This document shows positions 36,636 through 51,000 of a DNA stretch of 64,000 nt, one piece after another. Below the pieces are notes generated by a model, which worked only from the letters and a program-made list of their open reading frames with translations, was not told the DNA's origin and did no database searches. The stretch's first letter is position 1. Each line of letters opens with the position of its first letter. Source of the stretch: Eledone cirrhosa. Taxonomy: Eukaryota. Both the position numbers and the translations under genes were made by a program. The stretch spans positions 154,132,001 to 154,196,000 of the forward strand of contig OZ024743.1 of assembly GCA_964016885.1 (NCBI GenBank), in the 5' to 3' direction.

Positions 36636-39600
36636 CATACAGTATATTGCCAAATATACTATACATACATTAATGAATACACCGCTATTTCAGAGCACCA
36701 GTACTAATACCTAATTTTTGCTGGACCGGCAACCGCTCTGTTTAACCAGCTCTTAAATGTTACTGGAATTGTATAATAATCCAGCTTCTTTATATCTCGG
36801 CAGAAGCAAGGGAGTGAGTGGTCTTGATAAAGGCTAACAACGAGAAACATCTTGCCTAATAGCAAAGAATTATTGGGTTGTTATGATATAAGTTATCACT
36901 TAATTGGATCTACTTAGATCTCAGATAGGGATGAGCTCTTCACATATCTCCCTGCCCTCTGCGAAATGGCATGGATGTGTTTATCATGTTGATTACCAAA
37001 ACTAGACTAATCGTTACACCCTTTATATATATATAAAAACATTAACTAAAATGGTTTGAAGCGATGAGTGTATATCGATATTGATAAAATTGTCGCATTT
37101 TATTCTCAGCGCGAAGGGTAGCTGTAAACGGCGGAATACTATATTTATAGTAAAATGTTGGGCTAAGATATAACCACACATTGAACGGGGAGCGGGAGAG
37201 AAAGTTAGAAAGAGAAGAGAAGGAAGGAGTTCAATAGAGCAGAACTTTGGAAGAATTGCGAAAACTGGTAAAAGTAATGTAGAAATAGTGGAGAAAGTAA
37301 TCTAACCAAAAAAAAAAAAAAATTAGCGTCATATGAATTATCCGCTTCCTTCTAGTCCAACGCAGTTTCTTTCAGGAGGGTAAAAGTTATGTATATAAAT
37401 CTAGCCCGCGCAACATAACCTACATTTCTGTTATTTTTACCGCTGGAACTTCAAGCAGTGATCTACAGGAAAAGAGGCTGTCTGTTATTTTAATGGGTCC
37501 AACAGTAACAGCAGGTGACAAGAGATCGGAAATATCAGCAGCAGTAATAACAAGAGGGATGTGATAACAGGAGAAACAGCATTTGATGTTAGACAAACAT
37601 ACTTTGTTTTTCTTCTGCATATTCTGAAATTACTAATTACTACTGGTCCTGTACATACAAGCATCAATTACACTCTTTTATTTCATTCATAACACCCATG
37701 ACATTTATAACCACTTTGATTTAATACTCAAGTTCTTTGTTACCGAAAAGTGTACCTGCAATATATTTCACTCAAGTATAATTTATATCCCAAGCTGAAT
37801 TTCATGATTAAAGCCACAATTTATTGAGAAACTGAATACATCTAAATAATCTTTCTTCGTATCATCATAATCTAATGTACTTCTTATCTCCTACTCCTAC
37901 TCCTTACTTTCCCTAGTCATTTCTTCCTTCTATTGTTCTGTCATAAATGCACTCTCTTCACTGTGTCTTCGCCAATTTACTTTAGCCGCTTTCTCTGTTT
38001 TCTTCTTATTATACATATTTATTTATTCTAAATTTTGTAATCTTTCCCATTTATAGTTGCTCACTCTTCTTTTGCTGTGCTTCGGCATTTTATTTACAGG
38101 TCCTCATTTCTCTTTATCTCTCCTTGGTCATTTTTTATCTTTCTCATCTGGATTTTGACTTCCTTCTTTGCTGAATGACTTCTTTCTTTATGTCTTCCTA
38201 TCTGTCATCTTAACTCCTTGTATTATCTCTTAAGTTGAATGAAATCATGATTTGTCATGCATTGATATTTAAGATTTCGTCATTCTTTATATGGACAGCT
38301 TCTTTAATATAGCACAAACTGTCCGTGAATAATTCGTTCTGTACCCTTTTGTTTGTCTGAAAACGTAGATAGAGAAATATTTAAAAGTGTTGCAATAAAT
38401 ATTTCATCAAATATTTCCACATGATGGGGTTTTAAAATAGGGTTGTTGTTGTTCAATCTGATAAAACATACCTAAGATTATGAATGTTCCAGCCTGTATA
38501 TTTTTATCAGGCAATACATATATCCGACATTATTATTCAATGATGCACACTTCCTTTTTTAAAACAGTAGGGTGTGAATCGATGGAGCTTATTTCTAGCA
38601 GATTTAGTGCCAACACAGACTAATTTATTGACTGAGTTAATGAGGTAAAGGATAAGGCTGTTTCCAAGTTTAATGTTCAGACATAGGCGAGGGAAACTAT
38701 TCATTTACTTCGTAGAGAGTTCACTGAGCATATCAAATAAAAGCGTCTATTAAGGAAGACATTGGCAAGCGGACAGAACATTCATGGTTCATATGTCATC
38801 AAAGGCACTGAAATGGATTTATACTGACACATAGTAAGCAATAACGTTGAATATGAAGATGGAAGTAGAAATCTGTACACTGAATTAAAATCACTGTGTG
38901 GTTAAGTGTATCCAAAGATTATACTGCTGAAAAACAATGAAATTACTACTATATTGAGCTTACAGAAATACTGCTGCAGTATATAGGAGTGACCGTAAAA
39001 GGAAAATAATTAATGTTAACTAGTTTGCTTATTCATGCGCGTAACGCCTGTTAAACGGGGCAGCAATATTTCTGAAAACATATCCTACTACTCTGAATCA
39101 TGAAATACATTGGATATTATAAGGATTGGCCATAAATCTTAAACCAGATCGTACAATTGCAATTATTATATGTTTAATAGTACGGCTCTACAGGTAGAAC
39201 TCATCTGAAAATGAATCTAAGCAACATACTGTCATAAAAGGTATCCTTCTTCTAAGTGTATATATATGTAAAGTCTACAATCTTAGTTATTCCTTATCAC
39301 AGAAATATTTTACTGTACATAGAAAAATGTTTGTGTGTAAACGTTGTTCTACACATGACAAGAGCTATTTAATATGTTGCTATAGTTGTGCGGTACATGC
39401 TTAGTGGTATCATAGCCCAATGTCTCTCTTTGGCAGAGTCAGCTGTCGGTTCATTTCTTATATAAGGCTTTCAAGGGAATGCCTAATTTTTTTTTAAGAA
39501 AAGAAGCTCTAGTAATATTCCTCCAACTGTAAATAACAAAACAATGAAAAATATATCATACAAGGTTGTGTGTATTGTGTTTTCGTTTATGTTATTAAGG

Positions 39601-39867
39601 TATACAAAAGGCTGAATGGTTATTGGTCTTTGAGATATGTGTTTATGTTTTAATGTATTCGTTGAGATGTATGGGTGCGTGAAAATAGAATTATTTTCGT
39701 GGGTTTAGATTATTTTGTGTAGCTGTGTGTATGCATATATACATATTCATACTCGTTTATATTCGTGTTGTTAAATATATGCATGGACTGATGAAAGCAT
39801 AACTGTTAGTGAGTGTGTCTCCATATAGTTGCGCCTAAAGTGTGAAGGTTTTGATTTTGTACAGGGA

Positions 39868-39898
39868 TGTGTGTGTGTATGTGTGTATGTGTGTGTGT

Positions 39899-39960
<62 letters not shown>

Positions 39961-39970
39961 GTGTGTGTGT
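39868..39970. repeat. (TG)n microsatellite
   Basis: Directly visible. Confidence 0.95.
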
Positions 39971-40181
39971 AACTAACTATGCGAGTGCATTCACATTGTA
40001 AATGAGTAGGTTATTCATGCATGTATTCTGAGTGTTTAAAAGTGATTCTCGATAATGTGTTTATTATGTGTTGTTGATGTAAGTATACCGGAATTTGTAG
40101 CATGATTGTAAGTTTGCCCTTATATATTCATGTTGTTACTATGTTCATAGCTTGTGTTATGTTTAGACGTGTATTTGTGCG

Positions 40182-40187
40182 TATATA

Positions 40188-40283
<96 letters not shown>
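40182..40283. repeat. (TA)n microsatellite
   Basis: Directly visible. Confidence 0.95.
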
Positions 40284-40285
<2 letters not shown>

Positions 40286-43200
40286 TCTATGCGGGAGGTG
40301 GTAAAGAGGTTTTATAGAGAAAACCTGTTGGAATTAAGGCCATGGGATGAACGTTTGTAAAGTTAGTGAATTTGTTTTCCTTTCAGAGACAAGAGTTCAG
40401 AGAACCTCTGCGCAATGTTACTCAAAAGACAAAGAGATATGTCAGCTGAATGATCCATAGGGTGATAATAGTGTGAGACAGAAATGTTGTCATTAATATT
40501 TCCCTTCTGTGGCACTGTAATTATTCGTTTAAATATTAGTGCGTTTATGCTCATTGGATATAAAATACCTTGTATTTGCCAGTGTAAGAAGTGTGGTTAT
40601 TTCCTGCTAGATAATATTGAGTCTCAAATTGTATTGCTCGCCGATGGGAAACATGAATCACTGTAATAAAATGGTTGATACCAAAATATAAAGGAAGCTG
40701 GTGATATGAGAAATTCCATCCCAATCTAACAATTTTGAAGTATTGCATACCATAGCAAGTAAAGAAAATCACGGCACAATGAATAAATCCGATGCTGTGT
40801 TAAGTAATTTTTTTGTTTGTTCTCTTTATATATTTTACATAAAAAAGAGAGAGAAAAAGAACAATAATCAATGCTTTTTACCTCCATCTACCAAAATGGA
40901 GAAGCAAAACGAACCTAAATTTGACTGTACAATGTGACTACTACTTATGTTCTTTGTCAGATATTTTATATTACCTTTGTTATTTTTCTTCATTCTCTTT
41001 TATTTTGTAGATTAAAACAAAAGACTTTAATAAATAAAATTGATTCTAGCACTCCATTATTGTGTTGATAAAGCGAAAATATCACAAATAGGAATTGGTT
41101 CAGAGACACGGACATAAAGAATTGAATTTTATTAAGTTATATTAAATTCAATTGATTTTAATAGACATGTTTTACATTTCTAATAAACAAAGGATAAAAA
41201 GAAAACAACAAACTAAATCACATGATTTTCCCCCTTAAACAAAAGAAATATGATAGCGAATCAGCAGATAATTGCTAATATTTATATGAATAGTTACGGC
41301 ACTGCACAACAAAAATATTTGCACTAAGTGGTGGGGTCAGAAAGAAAAATAGAAAGATAGAGGTTATTTTCTTCTCGAGAATATCTGATGTATGGGTTTG
41401 CAACGAAATGGTTAGTACCGAAACATAAAGTAAACTGATTATAGAACCCCTACCTCAGTTTAGAAAAGCACATTTCCTTTGTTTAAAAAATATAAATATA
41501 AACCACAGATAAAGGAAAATATGAGAAACAGACTGAAATGTGAAAACAAAAGTGACACAATAAAAATGAAAAGAATGATGTCGATTAAAATAAATGTAGA
41601 GAGACATAGATATAAGTAAAGCGACAGGCAAACAAAGTCGTAAAAAAGCCTAAATTCATCTTCTAGTAATTTGAAATGCCCTGTAACTCCTAGTTATTGA
41701 TGTACTATCTCATGTTCATATAAGGCTCATGAACGATTGTCGTTGCTTTTAGTATTTTAAGCTTAAGTCTAGGACAGCTGCAATTCCTACCATCTTAGAA
41801 AAAGAGGATTTTATAAATAAATATTGGGATGCATGATTTAATACAAAATTACTATGTGAAAAATGGTTTATGTGAATGACATGTTGCGTAAAATGGTTTC
41901 TAACATCTTATGGTCAAACATCCGAATAATCGTTCTACAAAAATTAATGTAAACAAGAAAATGTCAAAATGTGCATAGTTTATAGAATATGCAAGAATTT
42001 ATAAAATACTTTCTGTGTGAAGTATCGGTAATTTTCTTTTTTTTATATTTAACTCATAGAACCCTCTGCAAAAACGAACATGAAAGATGGGGATATTAAT
42101 AATTAGATATTACCAATGTTACATAGACATGATATTACTGTTTCGTCTATCTGTTGAATACTCGCTTATTTATAAATTAATAAAATAATAGATTAAAACA
42201 AAATCGTAAAAATATGTTCTAAATATTAGGACATAAATCAACATTCTAGTAGTTTTGAGTGTGCGGTGTCTTATTTTTAACTTCAAAGTTACTTGTATTA
42301 GGACATCGAAATTTCAACCTAAATTAATTCCTGTCTTGAATTTCTTTAGAAATGTTTTCAGCAATCCTTTTGTAAAAGAGACACTTAAATATTCTGTCAG
42401 TGAAATATCATATATAGCCTATCATTATCGGCCGTACGTATTACACTAATTATTTTATTACAATTAATTTTCAGTAGAATAATATCTATCTAATCTCAAA
42501 ATATATGGAATTTGTAAACTTCAAATTACGCTAACATATAACCTCAAACATTCTAGTTTATCGAAGTAAATATTATATTTTCTTCTTGTGTTTGTAGAAA
42601 TGATTAAGATTAAATTGAAGCCAAATATTTAAAGACTTTAAATTGTTAATGAAAGACATATATAAAACGGAGTATTGATTTATTAACCGAATATATTCAT
42701 TATATATTGTTTAAACATTCACTATAAAACAACTAAGTCAAATGTATAGAGCTAACGTAGAGGATGACAAACACAATGATACATATGATAATCTATGTGA
42801 AGCAATGTTTCTTTTCTGGAAGAAAGGTTATATTTAAAACGTATAGTATTATAGAACATTGCTTCAATAATTATAATGTATCTCAATTATTGAAGTTCAT
42901 TATATATATTCTATTGATTTAAAATCAATGAATACTCTTTAATATTAATGGATAATATAGAAGGACTACAGGATTTAGGAATTAATACGTTTGAAAGTTT
43001 GTAATAGAAGCTGTCAAACAGTTGTACGAAAATTTAACAACTTCGAGGTATAATGTAAAACCTAAAATTATACAAGTCACGGTGGCATAATTCAATGTAA
43101 TAGATCATTCACAAAACCATTTTACAACCTTGAAAGTGGCTTTAATCAATAGACTAGATAAGAGACGTAGGAACTCAATAAAAACGTTGGTATTAGATTT

Positions 43201-44532
43201 GATAGATGTATATGTGTTGATAGATGTATATATATATCACCCACAAATATGTATATATTTTGGGTGGCACCGACAAATATCTCATACAGTTCATTAGACA
43301 TGTTTGAGAATTTCAACCAGAGAGGTGATCTAATTAGCAAAATCACAGAATTCAAAGTAAAGAAACAAGAATACATTTCGAAGGTTGCTGACAGGCCTTT
43401 TTCCGTGTTTGAAATTCAGACTATATGAATCAAGTGCAAAACGCTTAAAACTGTATAATAGCAGGGTCGGAATTTAAATGTGGATCCTGTGGAGAAATAG
43501 GTCAAGTGTGATACATTGGATGTAACATGTTAGTTTGTATAAATGGCAAAGTAAGAGTGTACTGGAAACGGATTTGTAAAACAAAATTTAGGAAAATCAG
43601 GTCTCATGGTTTAATACAAGTGTTTCGTCCCTTTGTATCTTTAACAGAGATCTCTCGGTTGCAAGATTTTGGAGCAAGTCTCCGATTTGGGGATACTTCC
43701 TTCCCGCTTTACCCTCAGTCCCTTCCCTCCGTGACTAAAGATTAAAACAAGTTAAAGTCGGATTGAGAACACGGTTAAACGAATTTATTAGGTTTAAAAT
43801 GGACAGTTCGGTGGAAGACAGATTACAAACCATGCGTTTATCAGATAACAGAACTCATGATCTTGTGGTACAATTTCAGCCAGTTTCAAACATCAAGTGA
43901 ACATATATGTTTAATACTCTCAGTGTGTAGCATACAATTATTAAGAAAATATTTCCTAAGAAAATATGAACTGCTTTCACCAATCCACATGGTATATATC
44001 GTTAAATATTTTCACTGAATGGCAATGTGAATGCTAAGCGATGGTTAAACCCGTTCAAAAGTCCCAATTTCCTTTTACAACTTAATCTTTTGTATTCTGA
44101 ATAGTTTTCATAAATAATGAACAAATAAATAATTGAAAGCAATACACAGATTTCTTCGATATACAGCAAAAGCATTTTTATGAACTAAAAGACATATTAA
44201 ACAAAATGTATCCAAAAGAAGTCATAATTCATTTACAAGTTTTTTTTCCAGATGGAGCTAAATAGTTTTGCAACGAAATATGTTAAAAATTACGAGGAAA
44301 GTAAGCTTTCCTTTACAAAATAGATTTTGACATACCCCTCAAATTTTCCCGTTATATTGGTTTTACTTTGAGTTAAGCCTGCTTTCTATTTAGTTCTAAA
44401 GTCAAGTGATAAATTCGTTCTATTGAATAATATCGCTATTGATAATATATAGTTGATATTTTAAACGTAGACAGTTCGTATAAAACGCCATTCTTTAGAA
44501 TGAAAAATCACTTGTTAGAAAAAGAACACATA

Positions 44533-44576
<44 letters not shown>

Positions 44577-44740
44577 TGTATGTATATGGGTGTGAGTGTG
44601 TATATATGTATGTGCATGTATGTGCTGAAAAAGGGAATGCAGAGTAAAATACTTAGATTTCTAAATGTTTCATTGAATAACTGTACATAAAGAGTTTAAA
44701 GAGTCAAAGGTTTTCTCACCTGCTTTTCAAAGAACTATTT

Positions 44741-45052
44741 TTACCATTCTTCACTTTTGAAATGTTCCTTCCAGCGGGGCATGTCAAAAGCAAACGCAAC
44801 CAGTGGATCCGGCTGAATCCTCGACCAAGACCAGCTGAACTCATAGATGTTATCCAACCGTCCTGCTCGTGGTCCTTCACTAGGCGTTCTGTCGGCTGGT
44901 TTTGCCGCTAAAATATGTCCAGCGATAATTTCCTGAGACTTTCTAATTATGTCTGTATTATTAAAGTCGTGAACTACTGAGTATGCGCTGATTTCCAATT
45001 TAATTTCAGTTTTCCTTGAACAAGATCGTGGAATGTACGTTGTTGCATTGCC
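44741..45052 (-). other. GC-richer unique island with a 103-codon open frame, candidate exon
   Basis: Open frame GNATTYIPR...KEHFKSEEW between TAG and TAA. CAG|GTGAGA donor-like site at 44720. Adjacent (CT)n tract. No recognisable homology. Confidence 0.25.
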
Positions 45053-45105
45053 CTAGGTGCGATAACCTCTCTCACTCTCTCACTCTTTCTCTCTCTCTCT
45101 CCCTC

Positions 45106-45146
<41 letters not shown>

Positions 45147-45169
45147 ATATATATATAAATATATATGCA

Positions 45170-45619
45170 AAAGTTCTATTTAAATTGTTGGGATACAACA
45201 AGCAAATATTTTTATAACTGATATAAAGCACTCGACAAGTATTCGCAGTAAATATACGATATTAACAAATGGAACTATATTTATAAAACCATATCTATTT
45301 TATTATACATATTTCAAGGATACCATGTTAAATTATGGTATACTTTCATCAGACAAAATACAATATATACCAGTTTTATAAATAAATATTGACATACCCT
45401 TTCAAAATGCAACCGTTACTTTTGGAAGACTATCCTGATGTCTTCCAAAAGTAACGGTTGCATTTTGAAAGGGTATGTCAATATTTATTAATAAAACTGG
45501 TATATATTGTATTTTGTCTGATGAAAGCATATCGTAATTTAACATGGTATCCTTGAAATATGTATAATAAAATACATATGGTTTTATAAATATAGTTTCC
45601 ATTTGTTAATATCGTATAT
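45170..45619. mobile_element. Fold-back mini-element in (TA)n with a hammerhead core in each arm
   Basis: ~180-bp arms spanning 45252-45619. CTGATGA-stem II-GAAATATGTA at 45518-45564 (+) and 45306-45352 (-). Confidence 0.85.
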
Positions 45620-46260
45620 ATATATATATATATATAATAAGTTCATAAGGATATATATGTATATATTTAGACATAGTCATACATACATATATGAGTGTGG
45701 CTACCTTCCACAGTGTGGCTCAATGAAAAGATTAATTAAGCAAATAATTATTAATCAGAGCTATATAAAATGATAAATTTGAAGAAGAGTCAGACAAAAT
45801 ATATTCAATTTTTCTTCTCCTTAGTCCGTAGAAATTAATTAGATAAATAATAATTTAAACGGAGCTAAGAGTAAAATGTAACTTCCAAGAAATAACAGAT
45901 AAATGTCACAGACTATCCCTTGTGATGAACAAATAATCAATTAAACGGAGCTATGTCAAAATGCAAGTTGGAAGAAAAAGCATATATAATTCCTTTTATA
46001 TTTTTATTATTTTATTATTATTTTGTTTTATTATGTTTTAACTAGTGCTTGTATATTTTGCTTTTGTGAGCCATCAATTGTATCTGCATCTTGTGAAATC
46101 TACTTGTAACCTAGCATTTAGCTGTGGTGCTTAACAACCCCAACATGTACCCCCTACATGTTCGCCATCTGCGATCTCCCTATCTTTACCCTGTATTGTA
46201 TTCTAATTGTTCGTGTGACTGAGCTTTGTGGAGCTTATACTCAACACTGTGTTTATTAAT

Positions 46261-46303
46261 CTCTGAGGATTCCTACCAAACGGTGAGGATGAAACATTGT
46301 AAG
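46261..46303 (+). ncRNA. Minimal hammerhead ribozyme motif in a solo pLTR-like fragment
   Basis: CT-CTGAGGA-tTCCTACCaaacGGTgAGGAt-GAAAC-ATT-GTA-AG, then AATAAA and a (TA)n tract. Confidence 0.7.
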
Positions 46304-46347
46304 CAAATAAAAACTGTTTGAGTATGTAAGCGTTCTTTGGTTTCTTT

Positions 46348-46350
<3 letters not shown>

Positions 46351-46388
<38 letters not shown>

Positions 46389-46435
46389 ATATATATATAT
46401 ATATATGTATATGTACATATATATATATAAATATA

Positions 46436-46511
<76 letters not shown>

Positions 46512-46550
46512 TATATATATATATGTATATATATATATATGTATGTATAT
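46351..46550. repeat. (TA)n microsatellite
   Basis: Directly visible. Confidence 0.95.
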
Positions 46551-47271
46551 GGAGCTTATATATAGGACAACACACGCTGTCTTTTCGTGGGGTAAGCTTT
46601 TAATTAATTATTGATTCTGAAACATCAAAATACAACAATATTTTGGTCACTGGACTCGGGAATGTCACGACAGAAGTTTGTGGAAGTTACACAAATAGTT
46701 TACTATATTTTACCAGAGCAATCCTTATTTATATTTTACATTTTACATTTACTTACATCTCAATATAACATGGCTAAAATTACAATTTTGCAAAGAGAAC
46801 AAAACGGACAAATGAACTGGATACATCTCACTGTCCCCCGCCACCACAATAACGTCTACACTCTCTCCCCACCATCACATGTCATTACCCTATGTAGACT
46901 AAAGTCATCGACCTGTTGTCAAGCTCTCTACTCTGTTGAATGTGTATATACATATATGTATGTATATGTGTGTGTGTATATACATCACTCAGTCAAACGA
47001 CCAGATTTCAACCCCAACATCTACAACAACAACACCGGCACTAATGTTTACAGCAACAACAGCTTCAGAATGAATTGAAATGAACATTTACAGCAACAAC
47101 GCCAGCGGCGTCAAACGATAAAAACACTAAAAAACACAAACGAACAAAAACTCAAAATAACAAAGCACACACACACACGCACACAACACAACATCAACTG
47201 CCACCACCACCACCACCGCCGCCATCACCATCAACAGCGAGCGGGCCTTAAGAAAACAACTTTAATAATAA

Positions 47272-47422
47272 TATTTTGTCTGCTTTTGGCACGGATCCAG
47301 CAACTGGTCCAGCGCATTACTGGTACTCTCTTTCGTTGACTCTGTGGGGATGAAGGGCAAGGCTGACCTCGGCAGGATTTAAGCTCAGAGCGTGGAGAGC
47401 CAAAGCTCTATGCTATAAAGCA
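47272..47422 (-). mobile_element. SINE copy (OK/OR-like) with T>C-biased divergence
   Basis: By-eye alignment to the 59066-59254 copy. Confidence 0.8.
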
Positions 47423-47525
47423 ATTATAATAATACTGGACTGTAATACGAACGGCTTCAACTATACGAACTCTTGAAAGTCAACAGTTGACATAATCTTG
47501 TAATCTTGTATCAGTAATGACGGTA

Positions 47526-47559
<34 letters not shown>

Positions 47560-47707
47560 AAGTGAGTAGCAGGGTTTTGTTTGTTTGTATGTATGAGTGT
47601 TGCTGTGTGCGCGCATATGTATGCGTGTGTGTGCGCGCGTATGTATGCGCGTGTGTGTATGTCGTACGTATAAGTGTCAATAAGTGAGTTTTTTTTTCTT
47701 TTTTTTG

Positions 47708-47985
47708 GCGCGGGGACAGAAATAATCGGGCTGGATGCTCGATCGCGCAGTTAAACCACTGGGAGTAAAAAAACCCTAGCCCTTTTCAGGGCATTCTTCT
47801 AGGAGAAGGCTTCTCAGGAAACTGGGTTAACTCCGACATAAAACAGGCGGCTCAGTAGTTACCGATGATGTTGATATTTCCTTCTTTTCGGGTTATAGCT
47901 ACTATCGCTCAGAGAGTGGGATCGGCTCAGTGCACAGTCTTTCCTCACTTTAAAAATATTAGTCACGCACAGGCAATGCACGAGT
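47708..47985 (+). repeat. Second copy of the RTE 5'UTR-like repeat at 7000-7268
   Basis: Shared GTTAAACCACTGGGAGT, CAGGGCATTCTTCTAGGAGAAGGC, GGTTATAGCTACTATCGCTCAGAGAGT. Confidence 0.85.
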
Positions 47986-48006
47986 GCATTAATAATTATT
48001 AATAGT

Positions 48007-48044
<38 letters not shown>

Positions 48045-48045
<1 letters not shown>

Positions 48046-51000
48046 GAGACCTACGTAGTAAATCGTATCATCGTGAGCTCCTCAAAGTTTTGTTATTTTC
48101 AGTTGTTCAAAATTGCCATTCATGGAAAATGTTATTGTTAACTCTATATAAGAGCACATACATTGTTATCTGAAAAGGACACCCAAAAAGATTGGGGCTT
48201 TGAGCCCAAAATTTAAACTTTTATAATTATCAAACAAAAATTTTTCTTTGAAACATCATGGCTCACTCAGAGTCACTCCTTTCTCACAAACTAACACATC
48301 ACACCGACACCACCATTGTAAATATTACTACGTTTGCCAACACTAAAAACAATATAAGCAGGAGCAATATTTTAAATTTGTCTCAGGCAGACATTCATTT
48401 CCCGCCATTACCAATGACTGCAGGTGTTAAAGCCGCCACCCCCACCACCACCACAGCGACAACAGAAACAAAAGAAAAAAATTAATTAACTCGTGATATC
48501 GAAATGAATTCAACAAAAATGAACTCTTCCTCACCGAACACCACTGACGCCACCACCACCACAACTGAAACAAATTAATAATAACAAAAATAACGATAAC
48601 AACAACAGCAACAATGATATTAAGAAAACCTCCCTGAGTTTTGCCAGAGTAGCAAAACAGTGCGAAGCATTTCAGTTAACTCAGGAGGAATTAGAAGAAG
48701 CAAAAAAATGGTAAAGAAAGATGGGTACAGGGTCAGCCTCCCCCTCCCACACACCCTTAATAAAATGGAGCATCGGCGCCTATGCACCGTGTCTTATCGA
48801 ACAATTAATATAAAATCGCGCCGAGTGGAATGGTCATCCGAGTTCCAAATCCTAAAAGCTTTTGGACAAGTGTGGGCAAAAAACCCCCACATCAGACGTG
48901 GGCAGAAGTATGGAACCGTGGACGTGTTCTTTGAAACATCACAGGAGGCTAGAGAACACTCCATGGCCCCATTAAGAAGTGACGACTTCACACTCGTGCC
49001 AAGCTATTGTGGCCAGAGATTCGTAAAATTCAGGGTCACCCACGTTCCACCGGCCATCGAAATTCCTTGGCTAATAGCTGCTGTCCTCGCCGGCATCGAA
49101 GCCAACACCAAGATAATCGAAATAGCGAAAGAACATCAAGAGAACTGCTCCGGATCTGGGATGGAGCACCTGATCCAAGCGAACCAAAAAAGCATTGAGT
49201 AGATCCCAGAGGTAATAGGCATCACTGACGGCAGCCACCTCACCGTAAGTGTCGAGGGCAGAAGGCCTAGGTGACTCGTTTGTGGTGAAGGAACCCACCT
49301 AAGGGCTTTCTGTCCTCAGGCTAAAAGGTTGAGGCCACCTCTCCTACCGACCCCAGTGACTCAACCATCGACACCACCAGCAGCAGAGATGGCAGCAATA
49401 AAAGAAGCAACTGTAACAGCAACAACCCCAGCAACAGTAGCAAAACCAACGCCACCACCACCCAACGCGCCAGAACTAGCACCAGCGCCTACACCATCCA
49501 CCACGCCACAAACAAAACTAACGCCTGTGGAGGATTTTCCACTCCCCGGCCTATCACAACTGGAGACAGATTGTGACGACGAGGAGTGTGAAACGGTATC
49601 AGGAAAATTGAAAAAAAGAAACCAAAAAAGAAAAAAAATTCTCTTCCTTCCCCCTCAAAAAACAAAATACAGAGGGAAACAAATAAACTATCAAACAAAA
49701 AAGTTAGGACAAAAAGGTTATGACACCATCCACACCAGCATCACCAACTCCATCACCCCAAACACCAACACCGTCACCATCATTATCCCCAACACCACCA
49801 TCACCTACACCACAAAAGTCACCAAAATGCGAAACAGAAACAAACCCACAACAAACGCAAACAAGACAAAACAACCAAAACGATACACACTACACAGCAT
49901 TAAATTTGAACAACAACCAATTATTACACTACATCCAACACAACACCAGCATCACATAAAAGACTACACAACAGCCCAAAGGTTCACACCACCTCGACAC
50001 ATACAAATCACTCGCATCACGCAGAAAACGTACACGACACTAAAACAAAAATTCCCCAAATATCGGAGACTTCCGACAAGCACTCTCCAGGAGGATTTAT
50101 AAGGACATCCTTCCGGAGCCAGAAGCAGTGAAAAGGATGGAGAAACCGCCCTTCCTCTACGAGAAGTAAGGTAAATGGTCTATCCCATCTTTTCCACTCC
50201 ATTTCAACGTGACCTCACTCAGAATAGGCAGCATAAATGCGCGTGGCTTGGGGTCGTCATGGAAGCAGTGCCACCTGCTCAACGACCTCAGGTCACTAAA
50301 CATAGATGTAGTAGCCATCAGCGAGACCAGAATCTCCGAAGCACGGGCCTTCGTACCGATCTTCGGCGGCTACGATGTGTACGCATCTCCCAGCCGTCCT
50401 GGATCGGGCGGTGGAGTTGCTGTGCTTTTTCGGAGAGGTTTGGATCTCGCCATACGGGCCATCTTCCTGGACCCAGAGGGTAAGTTGGTGTTGCTGGACG
50501 TGACCAGCGGAGACGGGCAAGCTTTCGGGCTTGTGGCCGTTTATGCCCCGACAGGAGCAGGGCAGCCTGATTTTTTTAGGCGTCTGGAGACCTTTCTTGG
50601 AACGTCCCGTCTTTAGTGTTAGTGGGCGACTGGAACGGGATCTTAGATGCACGCTGGGACTGTGTGGGATTAGCGGATAAGGGTGGAGTGTGCAAGAGCC
50701 TCACCAACCTGCTCAAGCGTTTTGAACTGTCTGACAGGTACCGATTGAATTTCCCGAATGTGCCAAGGTGAACTTGGACAAATCACATAGGGTCATCCAG
50801 GTCATATCTAGATAGAGTATTTTGTAGGGAAAACGGTCTAGCATAGGCTGTCCACAATTTAAGATAGTCAGCTACACGGACCACAAATTCGTGATCTGTG
50901 TGCTTGACTTAGATAGGCTTCATAGACGAGGACCCGGCTACTGGAAGCTAAACGCATTCTTACCAGCGCGCGAGACCTACAGAGACCGGATTAGCGAACT

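Noticed and set aside
37420-44747. Spliced hydrophobic micropeptide joining ATG 44747 to the acceptor at ~37624
   Set aside because: The ATG frame reads MVKIVL then TGA before the donor site. The alternative donor creates a TGA at the junction.
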